Source: an uncultured Mycoplasmatota bacterium (GTDB taxonomy: Bacteria; Bacillota_I; Bacilli_A; RF39; UBA660). Taken from it: a DNA stretch of 64,000 nt. A program made the translations under genes and the position numbers. Shown piece by piece: positions 17,331-27,161 of the stretch (within the stretch, counting starts at the first letter, position 1; each line of letters starts with the position of its first letter). The notes below the pieces were generated by a model, which saw nothing but the letters and a program-made list of their open reading frames with translations, searched no databases and was not told the origin of the DNA. The stretch spans positions 7,347 to 71,346 of the forward strand of contig CANAXT010000001.1 in the NCBI GenBank assembly GCA_947365915.1. Direction: 5' to 3'.

Positions 17331-18803
17331 CTAATTTATTTTTTTGTTTAACATATAAGCCCCACCAAATAATAAGATTGAGAAAAGTCCTAATAATAAA
17401 TATTGTGTAATTCCATCATAGGTATTTGGATTTTGCTCCTCCAAAATTGTTGTTTGTCCTGTTTTTTCTTCTGCTATCACATAAGTACTGAAATGATTTG
17501 TTTCAAATGTTGCATTTCCATATTCATCTAAAGTTATTTTGTGTTTCTCTAACGTATTATCGTTTTTAATATAATAAGCAACTAAGCTTTTTCCTATATA
17601 ATTTGTTCCTAATGGAATAGTAATTTTAAATAGGCCTGTCTCTAATTTTGTTATAAATTTTCCTAGAGTTTCAGAGTATAAATTAATATCAAATGCTCTA
17701 AAATTATCTGTCATGAGTACTTCTTTAATTTTATTATATTCTTGTGTATTTTTACCTACTTCACTTGCTTCTACTGTGGCATCTAATGGTACTTCTAAAC
17801 TATCAGTAGAAACTTGAATTGCGGTCTCACTACTTGTTTTTGTATATGTTGGTAGCTTCATTTCTTCTGGTTTTTTTATTACAACAAATGGATAAGTTTT
17901 TCCGTTTATTTTAATGTAATAGTAGTTTCCATCTGTTTGGGTTTGATCTACAAAAGTGTATTCATTTGGATCATTTAGGAAAGTATTTAAGTCGCCTCCA
18001 TAAGTAACTTCGATGTTTTTATTGGCAAAAGAATTTGATAATTTTTGCTTTATTGCCTCTATATATGCTTCCTTGGTAGAAACTGTATTAGCAGGAATAT
18101 ATATTACATTATTCAGTTTCACACTTGAAATTTCCCCATATCCATAAGCTGTACCTTTATAATAAACAATTGAACTACCTGTTTCATCATCTCCGATAGA
18201 TGGGTCTCTTTTCGCACTTACATTTATTTTAATAGAAATGCTATAATCTTTTGTGAAATTGATCACTTCTGGTACAAACATAATACTAGAAGTCAATGGG
18301 TTATATTCTGATCCTGTTGGAATCGTCAAATAATAATTTATCAAGTTTAAATCTTCTAGGATATAGTTTTCTAAGTTATTATTGAAATTCACCTTTTTGA
18401 TATTGTTCACAACTTGTTGGGCGTTATTTGCAATTGCCTCATTTCTAGACTGATATTTTAATTGAACAGTACGAGTTTCTATTGTTGTATAATTTCTTGA
18501 GTTCTCTGCATCTTGCTTTTCAATAGAAAGATTACATTGTTCTGGTGTTTGAAAGTCTATATTCCATCTATATCCATCATTCAATTTGAAGTTTTTTAGA
18601 TATATATCTAATATTGTGCGCTCCCAATCATTTTCATAAGAACTTTTTGTCTTATAAACTGGCTCTTTTATGGCATTTAATTCAATGATATTACTAGGTG
18701 CTGCCTTATTAAAGATTGGTGCAGTATATTCATCTGCTTTCGCACTTACAGAAAATCCTAAAAATATCAGTGCTGTAAAAAGTAAAATTTTTAAATTTTT
18801 CAT
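17331..18803 (-). CDS. surface protein, putative sortase B substrate (signal peptide; NPNTY motif + hydrophobic segment + KK tail)
   Basis: Signal peptide MKNLKILLFTALIFLGFSVSAKA. The C-terminus is ...EEQNPNTYDGITQYLLLGLFSILLFGGAYMLNKKIN. It is divergent from srtB. RBS AGGAGAG is present. Confidence 0.6.
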   Translation of the reverse strand: MKNLKILLFTALIFLGFSVSAKADEYTAPIFNKAAPSNIIELNAIKEPVYKTKSSYENDWERTILDIYLKNFKLNDGYRWNIDFQTPEQCNLSIEKQDAENSRNYTTIETRTVQLKYQSRNEAIANNAQQVVNNIKKVNFNNNLENYILEDLNLINYYLTIPTGSEYNPLTSSIMFVPEVINFTKDYSISIKINVSAKRDPSIGDDETGSSIVYYKGTAYGYGEISSVKLNNVIYIPANTVSTKEAYIEAIKQKLSNSFANKNIEVTYGGDLNTFLNDPNEYTFVDQTQTDGNYYYIKINGKTYPFVVIKKPEEMKLPTYTKTSSETAIQVSTDSLEVPLDATVEASEVGKNTQEYNKIKEVLMTDNFRAFDINLYSETLGKFITKLETGLFKITIPLGTNYIGKSLVAYYIKNDNTLEKHKITLDEYGNATFETNHFSTYVIAEEKTGQTTILEEQNPNTYDGITQYLLLGLFSILLFGGAYMLNKKIN

Positions 18804-18934
18804 AAACTCTCTCCTATCTGTTCTTAGTATATCATTTCCATAAAATTTGGTCAAGAAAAAAATTTTTTATTTTTGCCTGCCTTAAATAATTGATACTTTT
18901 AAAAAAAACGTGATATAATCAAAGCGGTGATTAC

Positions 18935-19753
18935 ATGTTCGAAAAAATAAAGAAAAAGAAAAAAACGTTTATTTTAATCATTATGATCATGAGTATGATT
19001 ACTTTACTATTTTCTATTTTTCAAATTATAAATTGGAAAAAAGATTCGAATAAAACAAAAAAGGAAACTGTTAAAATTGAAAAAATTACTGATATCAAGG
19101 AAAAAGAAGACTCTAGTAATACTGAAATTATTGGTCAAGATATTTCTAAAGATGATCCTTACTGGGATTACATCAAGATGAACTTAATGGATGTTAATTT
19201 TAAAGATTTAAAGAAAAAAAACAGTTCTGTTGCTGGATGGATCCAAGTGCTTGGAACAAATATCAATTATCCTTATGTTTGGACAACAGATAATGAGTAT
19301 TATTTGACACATTCATTTGATAAGTCTAAGAATTATGCTGGATGGGTATTTTTGGATTATCGAAATCATAAAAGTGAGTTGTCTAAAAATAATATTATTT
19401 ATGCTCATGGTAGAAAGGATCATACAATGTTTGGTTCTTTAAATAAAATTTTAACAAATGGTTGGTTCTTAAATTCTAAAAATCATGTAGTTCGTATGTC
19501 TACAGAAACAGAGAATACTTTATGGCAAGTGTTTAGTGTATATCGAATTCCAAATACTAGTGATTATATTCAAGTTAATTTTAATAATGATGATGAATTT
19601 TCAAAGTTTGGCTCGATGATATTATCAAGAAGTAAACACAATTTTAGTACTTCTATTGATGGTAATGATACGATTTTAACGCTTTCTACTTGTTATGATG
19701 ATTATGAAAAAGTAGTTTTACACGCAAAATTGATTAAAAGAGAAAAAAAATAA
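18935..19753 (+). CDS. srtB: class B sortase
   Basis: An N-terminal TM, then GWIQVLGTNINYPYV, YAHGRKDHTMFGSL (catalytic His), LTLSTCYD (TLxTC Cys) and a conserved Arg. An extended -10 TGaTATAAT promoter is present. Confidence 0.8.
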   Translation: MFEKIKKKKKTFILIIMIMSMITLLFSIFQIINWKKDSNKTKKETVKIEKITDIKEKEDSSNTEIIGQDISKDDPYWDYIKMNLMDVNFKDLKKKNSSVAGWIQVLGTNINYPYVWTTDNEYYLTHSFDKSKNYAGWVFLDYRNHKSELSKNNIIYAHGRKDHTMFGSLNKILTNGWFLNSKNHVVRMSTETENTLWQVFSVYRIPNTSDYIQVNFNNDDEFSKFGSMILSRSKHNFSTSIDGNDTILTLSTCYDDYEKVVLHAKLIKREKK

Positions 19754-19760
19754 CTTCATG

Positions 19761-21509
19761 TTATTTTTTTAATTCGATTTGTTCTTTTAGAAAAGATAAA
19801 AAGTCTTCTTTTTTTAGTATGATTGTTTCGTTGCTTCCATGTTTCCGATAACTGATGCTTCCTTCATCTCTTTCTTTGTCTCCTAAAATTAAGGTATATG
19901 GAATTTTTTTGGTTTGGCTTTCTCTCATCTTGTAGCTTAGTTTTTCATCTTTTGTGTCTAATTCTACTCGGATGTGGTTTTGTTCTAAATAGGTTTTGAT
20001 TTCTTCTGCATATGTTAAGTGGTACTCGTTATTAACTGGAATGATGTTTACTTGGGTTGGTGCTAGCCAAACTGGAAATACACCTTTGGTTTCTTCGATT
20101 AAGAATGCAATAAATCGATCTAATGATCCTAAAATGGCTCTATGAATGACTACTGGTCTTTTTTTGTTTCCTTCTTCATCAATATAAGTTAAGTCAAATC
20201 GTTCTGGAAGTTGATAGTCTAATTGAACTGTAGAAAGTGTGACATCATGACCAATTGCGCTTTTTACTTGAACATCTAGTTTTGGTCCATAAAATGCTGC
20301 TTCTCCTTCGGCTTCATAAAAGTCTGCATTTAATTCTTGTAATACTTCTCGAAGTTCGTTTTCGCTTTTTTCCCATAGTTCGTCATTTCCAAAGTATTTG
20401 TCTTTGTTTTCTTTGTCTCTTAGTGATAAGCGAAAGCGGTAATTTGTAAAGTCAAAATCTTTATATACTTCTAAAATTAAATCGACTACTGCTTTAAATT
20501 CTTCTTTGATTTGTTCTTCTGTACAAAAGATATGGGAATCATTTTGGGTAAATGCTCTTGTTCTTTCTATTCCACAAACGGCTCCACTTGCTTCATATCT
20601 AAAATCATTGGCAATTTCAGCAATACGAAGTGGTAAATCACGATAAGAATGAAGATTATTTTTAAACATCATCATGTGATGTGGGCAATTCATTGGTCTT
20701 AATACATAGGCTTCATTGTCTAGTTCCATAGCTGGAAACATGTCTTCTCTGTAATGGTCCCAATGTCCACTTGTTTTATATAAGTCAACACTTGCTAAAG
20801 ATGGTGTCATAACGTGTTTATATCCATGTTCATATTCTTTTTCAGTAATATAATCTACTAGTTTTTTACGAATTATAAATCCATTTGGAAGCCACATTGG
20901 AAGGCCTCTTCCAACAATATCTGAAAACATAAAGATGTCTAATTCTTTTCCGATTTTTCTGTGGTCTCTCATTTTTGCTTCTTCTAGCAATTTTAAATGT
21001 TCTTCTAAGTCTTCTGCTGTTTCAAAGCAGATTCCATAGATACGTTGTAACATCTTGTTTTTTGAGTCTCCTTTAAAGTAAGCGCCACTAAATTTTAGAA
21101 GTTTAAAGTGTTTTAGTTCTTTTACCGTTTCGACATGTGGTCCTCTACAAAGGTCTGTGAAGTCTCCTTGGGTATAACATGAGATATTTCCATCTTCCAT
21201 TCTAGAGATTAAATCTATTTTGTATGGATCATCATGAAACATGTCTAGTGCTTCTTTTTTAGAAATTTCATGACGAACAATTCGTTTTCCATCTTTGGCT
21301 ATTTTTTTCATTTCTTTTTCGATTTTTGGGATGTCTTCTTCTTTAATAACTTCATCTCCTAAATCGATATCATAATAAAATCCTTCTTCTATGACTGGTC
21401 CTACCCAGAATTTTGCATCTTTGTATAAGTGTTTTACAGCTTGTGCTAGAAGATGGGCACAGCTATGGTTTAATTTGTTTAATCTTTCATCATTTTTGAT
21501 ATTTTTCAT
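19761..21509 (-). CDS. thrS: threonine--tRNA ligase lacking the N-terminal TGS domain
   Basis: HSCAHLLAQAV (N2 editing-domain HxxxH), class II motifs and an anticodon-binding domain. The protein is 582 aa and begins directly at the N2 domain. Confidence 0.9.
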   Translation of the reverse strand: MKNIKNDERLNKLNHSCAHLLAQAVKHLYKDAKFWVGPVIEEGFYYDIDLGDEVIKEEDIPKIEKEMKKIAKDGKRIVRHEISKKEALDMFHDDPYKIDLISRMEDGNISCYTQGDFTDLCRGPHVETVKELKHFKLLKFSGAYFKGDSKNKMLQRIYGICFETAEDLEEHLKLLEEAKMRDHRKIGKELDIFMFSDIVGRGLPMWLPNGFIIRKKLVDYITEKEYEHGYKHVMTPSLASVDLYKTSGHWDHYREDMFPAMELDNEAYVLRPMNCPHHMMMFKNNLHSYRDLPLRIAEIANDFRYEASGAVCGIERTRAFTQNDSHIFCTEEQIKEEFKAVVDLILEVYKDFDFTNYRFRLSLRDKENKDKYFGNDELWEKSENELREVLQELNADFYEAEGEAAFYGPKLDVQVKSAIGHDVTLSTVQLDYQLPERFDLTYIDEEGNKKRPVVIHRAILGSLDRFIAFLIEETKGVFPVWLAPTQVNIIPVNNEYHLTYAEEIKTYLEQNHIRVELDTKDEKLSYKMRESQTKKIPYTLILGDKERDEGSISYRKHGSNETIILKKEDFLSFLKEQIELKK

Positions 21510-21511
21510 TT

Positions 21512-21910
21512 TTATTTCCTCTTTTCTATTATTTGGTTATCATATGGTGCTATTCTTTTACTTAATATTGTTTCGGCTTTTCCTCGAATTAAATCAAATT
21601 CTGCTTCTGTTGCTAGTCTCCATATTGCTTTAATGGGAAACAGAGCAAGTAATTCTTCTAGCGTTTCTAAATCGATTGGTCCTATATAATTTTGTAATTT
21701 TTTAGATAATGAATCACATTCATATTCTCTTAATCCTAGATCTGTTTCTTTTACTATCATTTTAGATAATTCTATGATGTCTAAATCGTATAATGTATAG
21801 GCAATTTCTGTTTTATAAGCTAGATATAATTCTTGACGTTCTTTTGTATCCATTTTTCTTGATTGTAATCTTAGCATATTAAAATTGACTCGTGGCTGAT
21901 ATTGTTTCAT
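21512..21910 (-). CDS. unknown 132-aa protein, T-box controlled and translationally coupled to thrS
   Basis: Strong RBS AAGGAGG immediately after the T-box terminator. The stop overlaps the thrS ATG (ATGA). It has no TGS-like sequence. Confidence 0.55.
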   Translation of the reverse strand: MKQYQPRVNFNMLRLQSRKMDTKERQELYLAYKTEIAYTLYDLDIIELSKMIVKETDLGLREYECDSLSKKLQNYIGPIDLETLEELLALFPIKAIWRLATEAEFDLIRGKAETILSKRIAPYDNQIIEKRK

Positions 21911-22168
21911 CTAAAGACCTCCTTATAAATGAAAAATCCCTGCATTTCTGCAAGGAGCGAATGACGCGGTACCATCCTTTTTTGTTCTTTTTTTGATAAC
22001 GGCTTTGCCGGAAATCCTTTTGGGATTCAGTTCATAGGGAGTAACTGTTTCTATTTCATGTTGGACTTCCACCATCTCCAACTCGCTTTGATGAAATTTT
22101 TTAGAAAAAGTCGTGTCCTAATCAAAACTTTTCTAGTTTTATTTTATCATTTTTTTATTTTTTGTCAA
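21911..22168 (-). promoter_or_regulatory. T-box riboswitch leader (Thr) with promoter
   Basis: T-box sequence AAGGAUGGUACCGCG, then terminator CUCCUUGCAG-AAA-UGCAGGGA followed by UUUUU. Promoter TTGACA-16-TAAAAT at 22141-22168. A possible ACA specifier sits in GAAACAG. Confidence 0.75.
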
Positions 22169-23123
22169 TCTTTTTTAAGACGCTATCTACAAAAAATTGG
22201 AATGTTTGTTTTCTCTTTTTTTTGTTTGGAATGAATGTCAAATATAAATCTGGGTCAATGAGTTCGATTTCCATGATTTGATATTCGTCTTTTATTTTGA
22301 CTGCATCAATCCGCATATATAGATGATTTTGGTATTCTTTTATGTTTCTAATTTGATGCGCTAAAGAGGATAGTTTGGGATCTATTTGTTCTAAATATGT
22401 GATGGTATTGGTTTGTGTGAAAATACTTGGATATCTAAGAACTGCATTTTTTAATTGTCCATTGATAAAAACAAGGGAATATTCTCCATTTTCAATTTCT
22501 TTGATATATGGTTGAATCATGATTCTACTGGTTACATTTTGTAATAGTGTTTCTATTTCGTCTATGGTTTTGCTGTTTTTTTTGCTTTTTCCTCCTAAAA
22601 GATAGGTATCATTTCCGCTTTCTGACATGGTTGGTTTTATTACAATACGAGAGTGTTTTTGTTTTTTTATGATTTCTTTTATGTTTTTTGGTTCTGTGAA
22701 AGTTGTTTCGATATGTTTGATGTTATATTTGTCTAAGAGTTTAAATTGTTTTTCTTTGTCCATGTTTTCTTTTATGATGTTGGCTGTGTTAAATAATGAG
22801 ATATGGTTTTTGATGATCATGTTTAACCAGTTTTCAAATTCTTTTTTGTAATGATGAAATCCCCAAATGGATTTGATAATCAGGGCATCATATTGTTTGA
22901 AGTCGATGTTTTGATCTTTCCAAGAGATGATCTCTGCTTTTATTTTAGAACGTTCAAACATGCATTTTAAGTAGACATCTTCTTTTTGTTTTCCTAGGTA
23001 TTCATCGGTTGAGACAATGGCAATTTTTTTTGTAAATTGTTTTTTATGAAGTGTTACATATAATTTGGTGTTCCATTTGAATAAATGAAATGGAATTCGT
23101 TTGATTCTTCTTTTGATATTCAT
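22155..23123 (-). CDS. ATP-grasp domain protein (RimK/YheC-like ligase)
   Basis: The pre-ATP-grasp region is KIAIVSTDEY...YDALIIKS. The central region is RIVIKPTMSESGNDTYLLG. Confidence 0.55.
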   Translation of the reverse strand: MNIKRRIKRIPFHLFKWNTKLYVTLHKKQFTKKIAIVSTDEYLGKQKEDVYLKCMFERSKIKAEIISWKDQNIDFKQYDALIIKSIWGFHHYKKEFENWLNMIIKNHISLFNTANIIKENMDKEKQFKLLDKYNIKHIETTFTEPKNIKEIIKKQKHSRIVIKPTMSESGNDTYLLGGKSKKNSKTIDEIETLLQNVTSRIMIQPYIKEIENGEYSLVFINGQLKNAVLRYPSIFTQTNTITYLEQIDPKLSSLAHQIRNIKEYQNHLYMRIDAVKIKDEYQIMEIELIDPDLYLTFIPNKKKRKQTFQFFVDSVLKKIDKK

Positions 23124-24679
23124 TTTAGATCCCTCACTGCTTGATTGATTAGAAACATGTTATGTATTAGGTCTTGTTTTTCTATGGCGAAGTTACATCG
23201 TGCTACAATTTCATCGGTTGGCCAAGACATGTTAAGACCCATTAAACAGTTAATTTTGGTTTTTTTATAAAGGTAAGTAACGAAGTCGGCATCATTTTCT
23301 ATGGTGATGTCTCCATCTGTTAATCCTTTTAATTCAGTGAAATCAATCATAGCAAAGAAACCAGATTCTGGGGTAATTTTGATTTTTGTTTTAGGAATTC
23401 CTTCTTTTAAGATTTCTAATTTTTTTGGGTCTTTGGTATATTGTTTTATGTCTTTCATAATTTTCTTTTGGTTTTCGTCTACTCCTGTTATTAATGCTTC
23501 TAACAGGTCTAATCGGTATTTATATTCTTTGATGGATTTTTTAAAGTATTTATGTGCTAGTTTATAACGCCTTTTGGTCCCATTAAAGGCTCCTGCTAGA
23601 GCTGCTGATTGTAACATCGAGATACAGTCTAGCGAGGAAGCAATTTGGTTTTCAATCCCTCTAATGATTGGAATGGGTGCAATGATGGCTCCTGCTCTTA
23701 GACTTGCTAAGCTATAGGATTTTGAAAGTCCTATAATGGTTATGGTGTTGTTAAAATATTTTGGAATTGTGGCTAAAGGCAGTGCTAGGTCATTTTGGTC
23801 AAATGTTAGGTCACGGTATACCATATCATCAATAACAAATACTCCTTTTTCTAAGCATACATCTCCCATTTTTAGTAAAATATCTTTGGTTTTATTGTTT
23901 AATACTTTCCCTGTTGGATTGTGTGGGTTAATGTTTAGGAAAGCGACTACTTTTGGGATATAGTCTAGTTTGTTTTCAAATTCTTTTTTTAGTTTTTGAT
24001 TGATTTCATCAATTCGTTTTGATAGTTGTTCTGGGTTGATATACCAGTCGTCTTCTTCTCTTAAGTTGATGATTTCGACTCTGGCATTAAATACTTCGGT
24101 TGAAACGGCAAAGATTCCATAGTTTGGTCCTGTCATTAGTATGACATCTTCTGGTCTTGCTATCGTATTTAACACTAGTGTATAGGCGTGCATGGTGGAA
24201 TATGCGAAGGCGATATTTTCAACTCCTAGTCCATCTTTTTGGTTTCGTTTGAATCCTTCTTTTTCTAGGTAATCTACGACATGTGCGCGGTAGTCTGTTT
24301 CTCCTATAATGGATGGCGGGTAGATATAAAGGTGTCTACTAAATAGGCTTCTCATCATATATTCTTTGCAAAGTGGGAATGGTTTTTTCCTTAGTGGATT
24401 CCCGTTACGGATGGAAGAATATTCATCGATTTTTGGTACTCCGTTATCGTCATATATGGATAAGTCTTTGTATAGTAGGTTATATCCATCTTCTATTTTT
24501 TTTACTTCTTCATAAAAGTTTTTTTGATCATTTCTTTTTCCTACATCACGAAATTCGGATAAGGTGGTTGGATTCCGTCTAGTATAATCTATGAGTGATG
24601 CAGAAAAGTTTTCTTTTTGGTAGTCACTATGTGTTACTGTTACGTCTGTTTTTAATATTTTTTGTATCCACTTTTTCAT
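23120..24679 (-). CDS. PLP-dependent aminotransferase, class I/II, with a ~130-aa N-terminal extension
   Basis: NPHNPTG motif and GLSKSYSLASLRAG (the PLP-binding Lys). The 5' end overlaps dnaI and the 3' end overlaps the ATP-grasp gene (ATGA). Confidence 0.75.
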   Translation of the reverse strand: MKKWIQKILKTDVTVTHSDYQKENFSASLIDYTRRNPTTLSEFRDVGKRNDQKNFYEEVKKIEDGYNLLYKDLSIYDDNGVPKIDEYSSIRNGNPLRKKPFPLCKEYMMRSLFSRHLYIYPPSIIGETDYRAHVVDYLEKEGFKRNQKDGLGVENIAFAYSTMHAYTLVLNTIARPEDVILMTGPNYGIFAVSTEVFNARVEIINLREEDDWYINPEQLSKRIDEINQKLKKEFENKLDYIPKVVAFLNINPHNPTGKVLNNKTKDILLKMGDVCLEKGVFVIDDMVYRDLTFDQNDLALPLATIPKYFNNTITIIGLSKSYSLASLRAGAIIAPIPIIRGIENQIASSLDCISMLQSAALAGAFNGTKRRYKLAHKYFKKSIKEYKYRLDLLEALITGVDENQKKIMKDIKQYTKDPKKLEILKEGIPKTKIKITPESGFFAMIDFTELKGLTDGDITIENDADFVTYLYKKTKINCLMGLNMSWPTDEIVARCNFAIEKQDLIHNMFLINQAVRDLK

Positions 24680-24691
24680 GTTCTCTCCCCT

Positions 24692-25603
24692 TTATTTTCT
24701 CCTGTTTGTACTAATCATTTCGATTTGATCTGTGAGTTGGATAATTCTAGATATAATTCGTTTGGCTTTTAGTTCATTAATTCCGTGTTTACTAAGACTG
24801 AAATGTTCTTCTAATAGTTTTAAGTCTAAGTTGGAAGTAAAAAAGGTTGGTAGTTTTTCATCCATTCTATATTGAATGAGTGGACAAAAGATTTCATCTC
24901 TCCCCCATTCTGTTGTGGCTTCAGCTCCGATGTCGTCAATGAGTAAGAGTGGTGCGGTTTTGACAATTTCATATTTTTCTTTAAAGTCATGTCCGAATGA
25001 TGCTTTTAGGTCTTTTAAAAATTCTGGCCAAAAGATGATGGCGCTTTTTATGTTTTGCCGTGCGAGTTCAGAAAACATGGCAACAATTAAATAGCTTTTC
25101 CCGGCTCCAAAGTTTCCATGTAGGTATAATCCTTTTTGATGTGGATTTTTTTTATAGTTTTTAATGAAATTTTGAATCCATTTAATGGTTGGATATCTTG
25201 ATGAATCTTTGGTGTCTATTTCTTTCATAGAGGCGTTTTTTAGTTCTTCTCCAATTTCAAAGAGTTCCATGTTTTTTTGGTAGCTTTTTGTTTTTTGTAG
25301 TTGTTTTTGGTATTTACAGGCTTGATATTCAAAGTTTAGATGATTTTCTGTTACAGATGGTAGATAGGCATATCCAGTGATGCTGTTTCTGCATTCTAAT
25401 AGATTTTTACAGTTTTTACAGTGTTCATATTCTGTTGCGCATTCTTCTAATGTGGAGGTATATTTGATTAGTTCTTTTTTGGAAAGTGGTAAAACGGTTA
25501 CTAGGTCATAGAATGTTTGATTTTTTAATGCTTGTTCATAAGATTCTGTTAATGTTTCTTCTATGTTTTTGGTCTTGGATAGTGTATCTGCTATTTTTTG
25601 CAT
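24692..25603 (-). CDS. dnaI: primosomal helicase loader DnaI
   Basis: An N-terminal Cys-rich zinc module (CKNCKNLLEC), the AAA+ Walker A GNFGAGKSY and Walker B LLIDDIG. Confidence 0.85.
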   Translation of the reverse strand: MQKIADTLSKTKNIEETLTESYEQALKNQTFYDLVTVLPLSKKELIKYTSTLEECATEYEHCKNCKNLLECRNSITGYAYLPSVTENHLNFEYQACKYQKQLQKTKSYQKNMELFEIGEELKNASMKEIDTKDSSRYPTIKWIQNFIKNYKKNPHQKGLYLHGNFGAGKSYLIVAMFSELARQNIKSAIIFWPEFLKDLKASFGHDFKEKYEIVKTAPLLLIDDIGAEATTEWGRDEIFCPLIQYRMDEKLPTFFTSNLDLKLLEEHFSLSKHGINELKAKRIISRIIQLTDQIEMISTNRRK

Positions 25604-26886
25604 TATGATACCTCCTTATATTCTTTTAATAATTCTTCGATTTCGGCTTGTTCTTCTTTGGAAGCTGTTTTGGCTTGGTATTCTTCTTTTAACCAGTTTG
25701 GATTAGTAGTTACTTTTTTGTTTTCTTTGTATGCTTTGCTTTTTCGGTATTCAGTTCCTGCTATTTTCATGGCTTCTTCGACTGTTTCTATGTTGCTTTT
25801 TTTCCACTGACTGGCTATTTTTTCGATGAATGGTTTTAATAGTTTGTTGTTATTGATTCTAAGTACATAATCAATTAGGACATTTACTACCCCTGGGTTT
25901 AAGTTGAAGTCTAAAAGTAAGTATTCTAATATGAGTAAGTCACTTTTGCTTGGGGCGGTATCTTTATATTTGCTGGCTAGAAAGTCATATGGTGAGGTTG
26001 TTTCGAATGTATAGATGATTTTGGCTCTATTTGAAGTATCTCCTGTTGGTTTTCTTAGGTATTCTGGTTGGGTTCGATATATTAGGTTTGGTAGTTTCCC
26101 ATGATGGTCAAATTGATAGAATTTACGGGCATTCATTCGTAATAGTTCTTTATCTATGGTATGTTTTTCGTTAATGGAGTTACGGATAATTTCGATTAGT
26201 AGTTCTTCTGTAAAGTCATAAATAAAGGATAATTGATAGATTAGTTTTTTTGTTGTTTTTGTAATACTTCGTTTGTTTAATAGTTCGTCTGGTATCATTT
26301 CTAAGACGGTGGATAGTTCAAATTTTGGTTCGATATTCATGCCTAGTTGATTTTTGTCTCTAACGTTGATTGGGTTTAAGTTTATGCCGTTTGGGGTGGT
26401 TGTATATATATCGTTAAAGTGGCACGTGATTTCTTCATAGTTGTTTAAGTTTAGTTTTGGGATTTTAAAGTATTCTACAATTTTATCGAATTCTCTTTTT
26501 CCTATGGTAGTATATAAGGCTGTTGATAGAACTGGGTTTCCAAAGAATTCTTTGGCTGAGATTGGAGAATATAGTTCATATAAGTAGGTATTCATGTGGT
26601 CTTTTTTGAGAAATGTTTTTAATAGTCCAATTGCTTCTAGTTTTTGTCTAGCTTCTACAATTTCTGATAAACTAATTCCCATATTTGTCATTAGGTGATG
26701 ATGTGTCCATTCAAGTGATAATAGTTCATTTTTGTCTAGGTATGAACAGAGAGTAAAATAAAAACTAATTGCCTGATAGCCAACGATTGGTTGGTATAAG
26801 GTAATTAATAGTTTTCGGTCATAATCATTTAAAATTGTTTTATTAATTACGATATATATGTCTGCTGGTAACAATCCTTTTTCCAT
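25603..26886 (-). CDS. dnaB: replication initiation and membrane attachment protein DnaB (Bacillus type)
   Basis: MEKGLLPADIYIVINKTILNDYDRKLLITLYQPIVG aligns to the B. subtilis DnaB N-terminus. The start was set at MEKGLL, which has RBS AGGTGGA. Confidence 0.75.
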   Translation of the reverse strand: MEKGLLPADIYIVINKTILNDYDRKLLITLYQPIVGYQAISFYFTLCSYLDKNELLSLEWTHHHLMTNMGISLSEIVEARQKLEAIGLLKTFLKKDHMNTYLYELYSPISAKEFFGNPVLSTALYTTIGKREFDKIVEYFKIPKLNLNNYEEITCHFNDIYTTTPNGINLNPINVRDKNQLGMNIEPKFELSTVLEMIPDELLNKRSITKTTKKLIYQLSFIYDFTEELLIEIIRNSINEKHTIDKELLRMNARKFYQFDHHGKLPNLIYRTQPEYLRKPTGDTSNRAKIIYTFETTSPYDFLASKYKDTAPSKSDLLILEYLLLDFNLNPGVVNVLIDYVLRINNNKLLKPFIEKIASQWKKSNIETVEEAMKIAGTEYRKSKAYKENKKVTTNPNWLKEEYQAKTASKEEQAEIEELLKEYKEVS

Positions 26887-26945
26887 AATTTCCACCTTCA
26901 TAGAAATAGTGTATCACAAAAAAAATTAGAAAAAAAGGAAATATC

Positions 26946-27161
26946 CTAAATTTCCTTATTTTTTTCCACATAATCGTCATAAAAAATTTCATCCGGTTTT
27001 GATTTAAAAATAGCTGCTATTTTAATCGCCATTTGATATGATAGTCTTCTAGTTCTGTTTTCTAATTGACAGTAAAATGGCTTACTAATTCCAAGCTTTT
27101 CACTCATTACTTTGGTTGTATATTTTTCACGATATCGTAATTCTTTTAAGCGATTTGACAT
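26946..27161 (-). CDS. XRE-family HTH regulator (71 aa)
   Basis: MSNRLKELRYREKYTTKVMSEKLGISKPFYCQLENRTRRLSYQMAIKIA. RBS GGAGG is 6 nt upstream. The longer ORF-track start lacks an RBS. Confidence 0.65.
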   Translation of the reverse strand: MSNRLKELRYREKYTTKVMSEKLGISKPFYCQLENRTRRLSYQMAIKIAAIFKSKPDEIFYDDYVEKNKEI

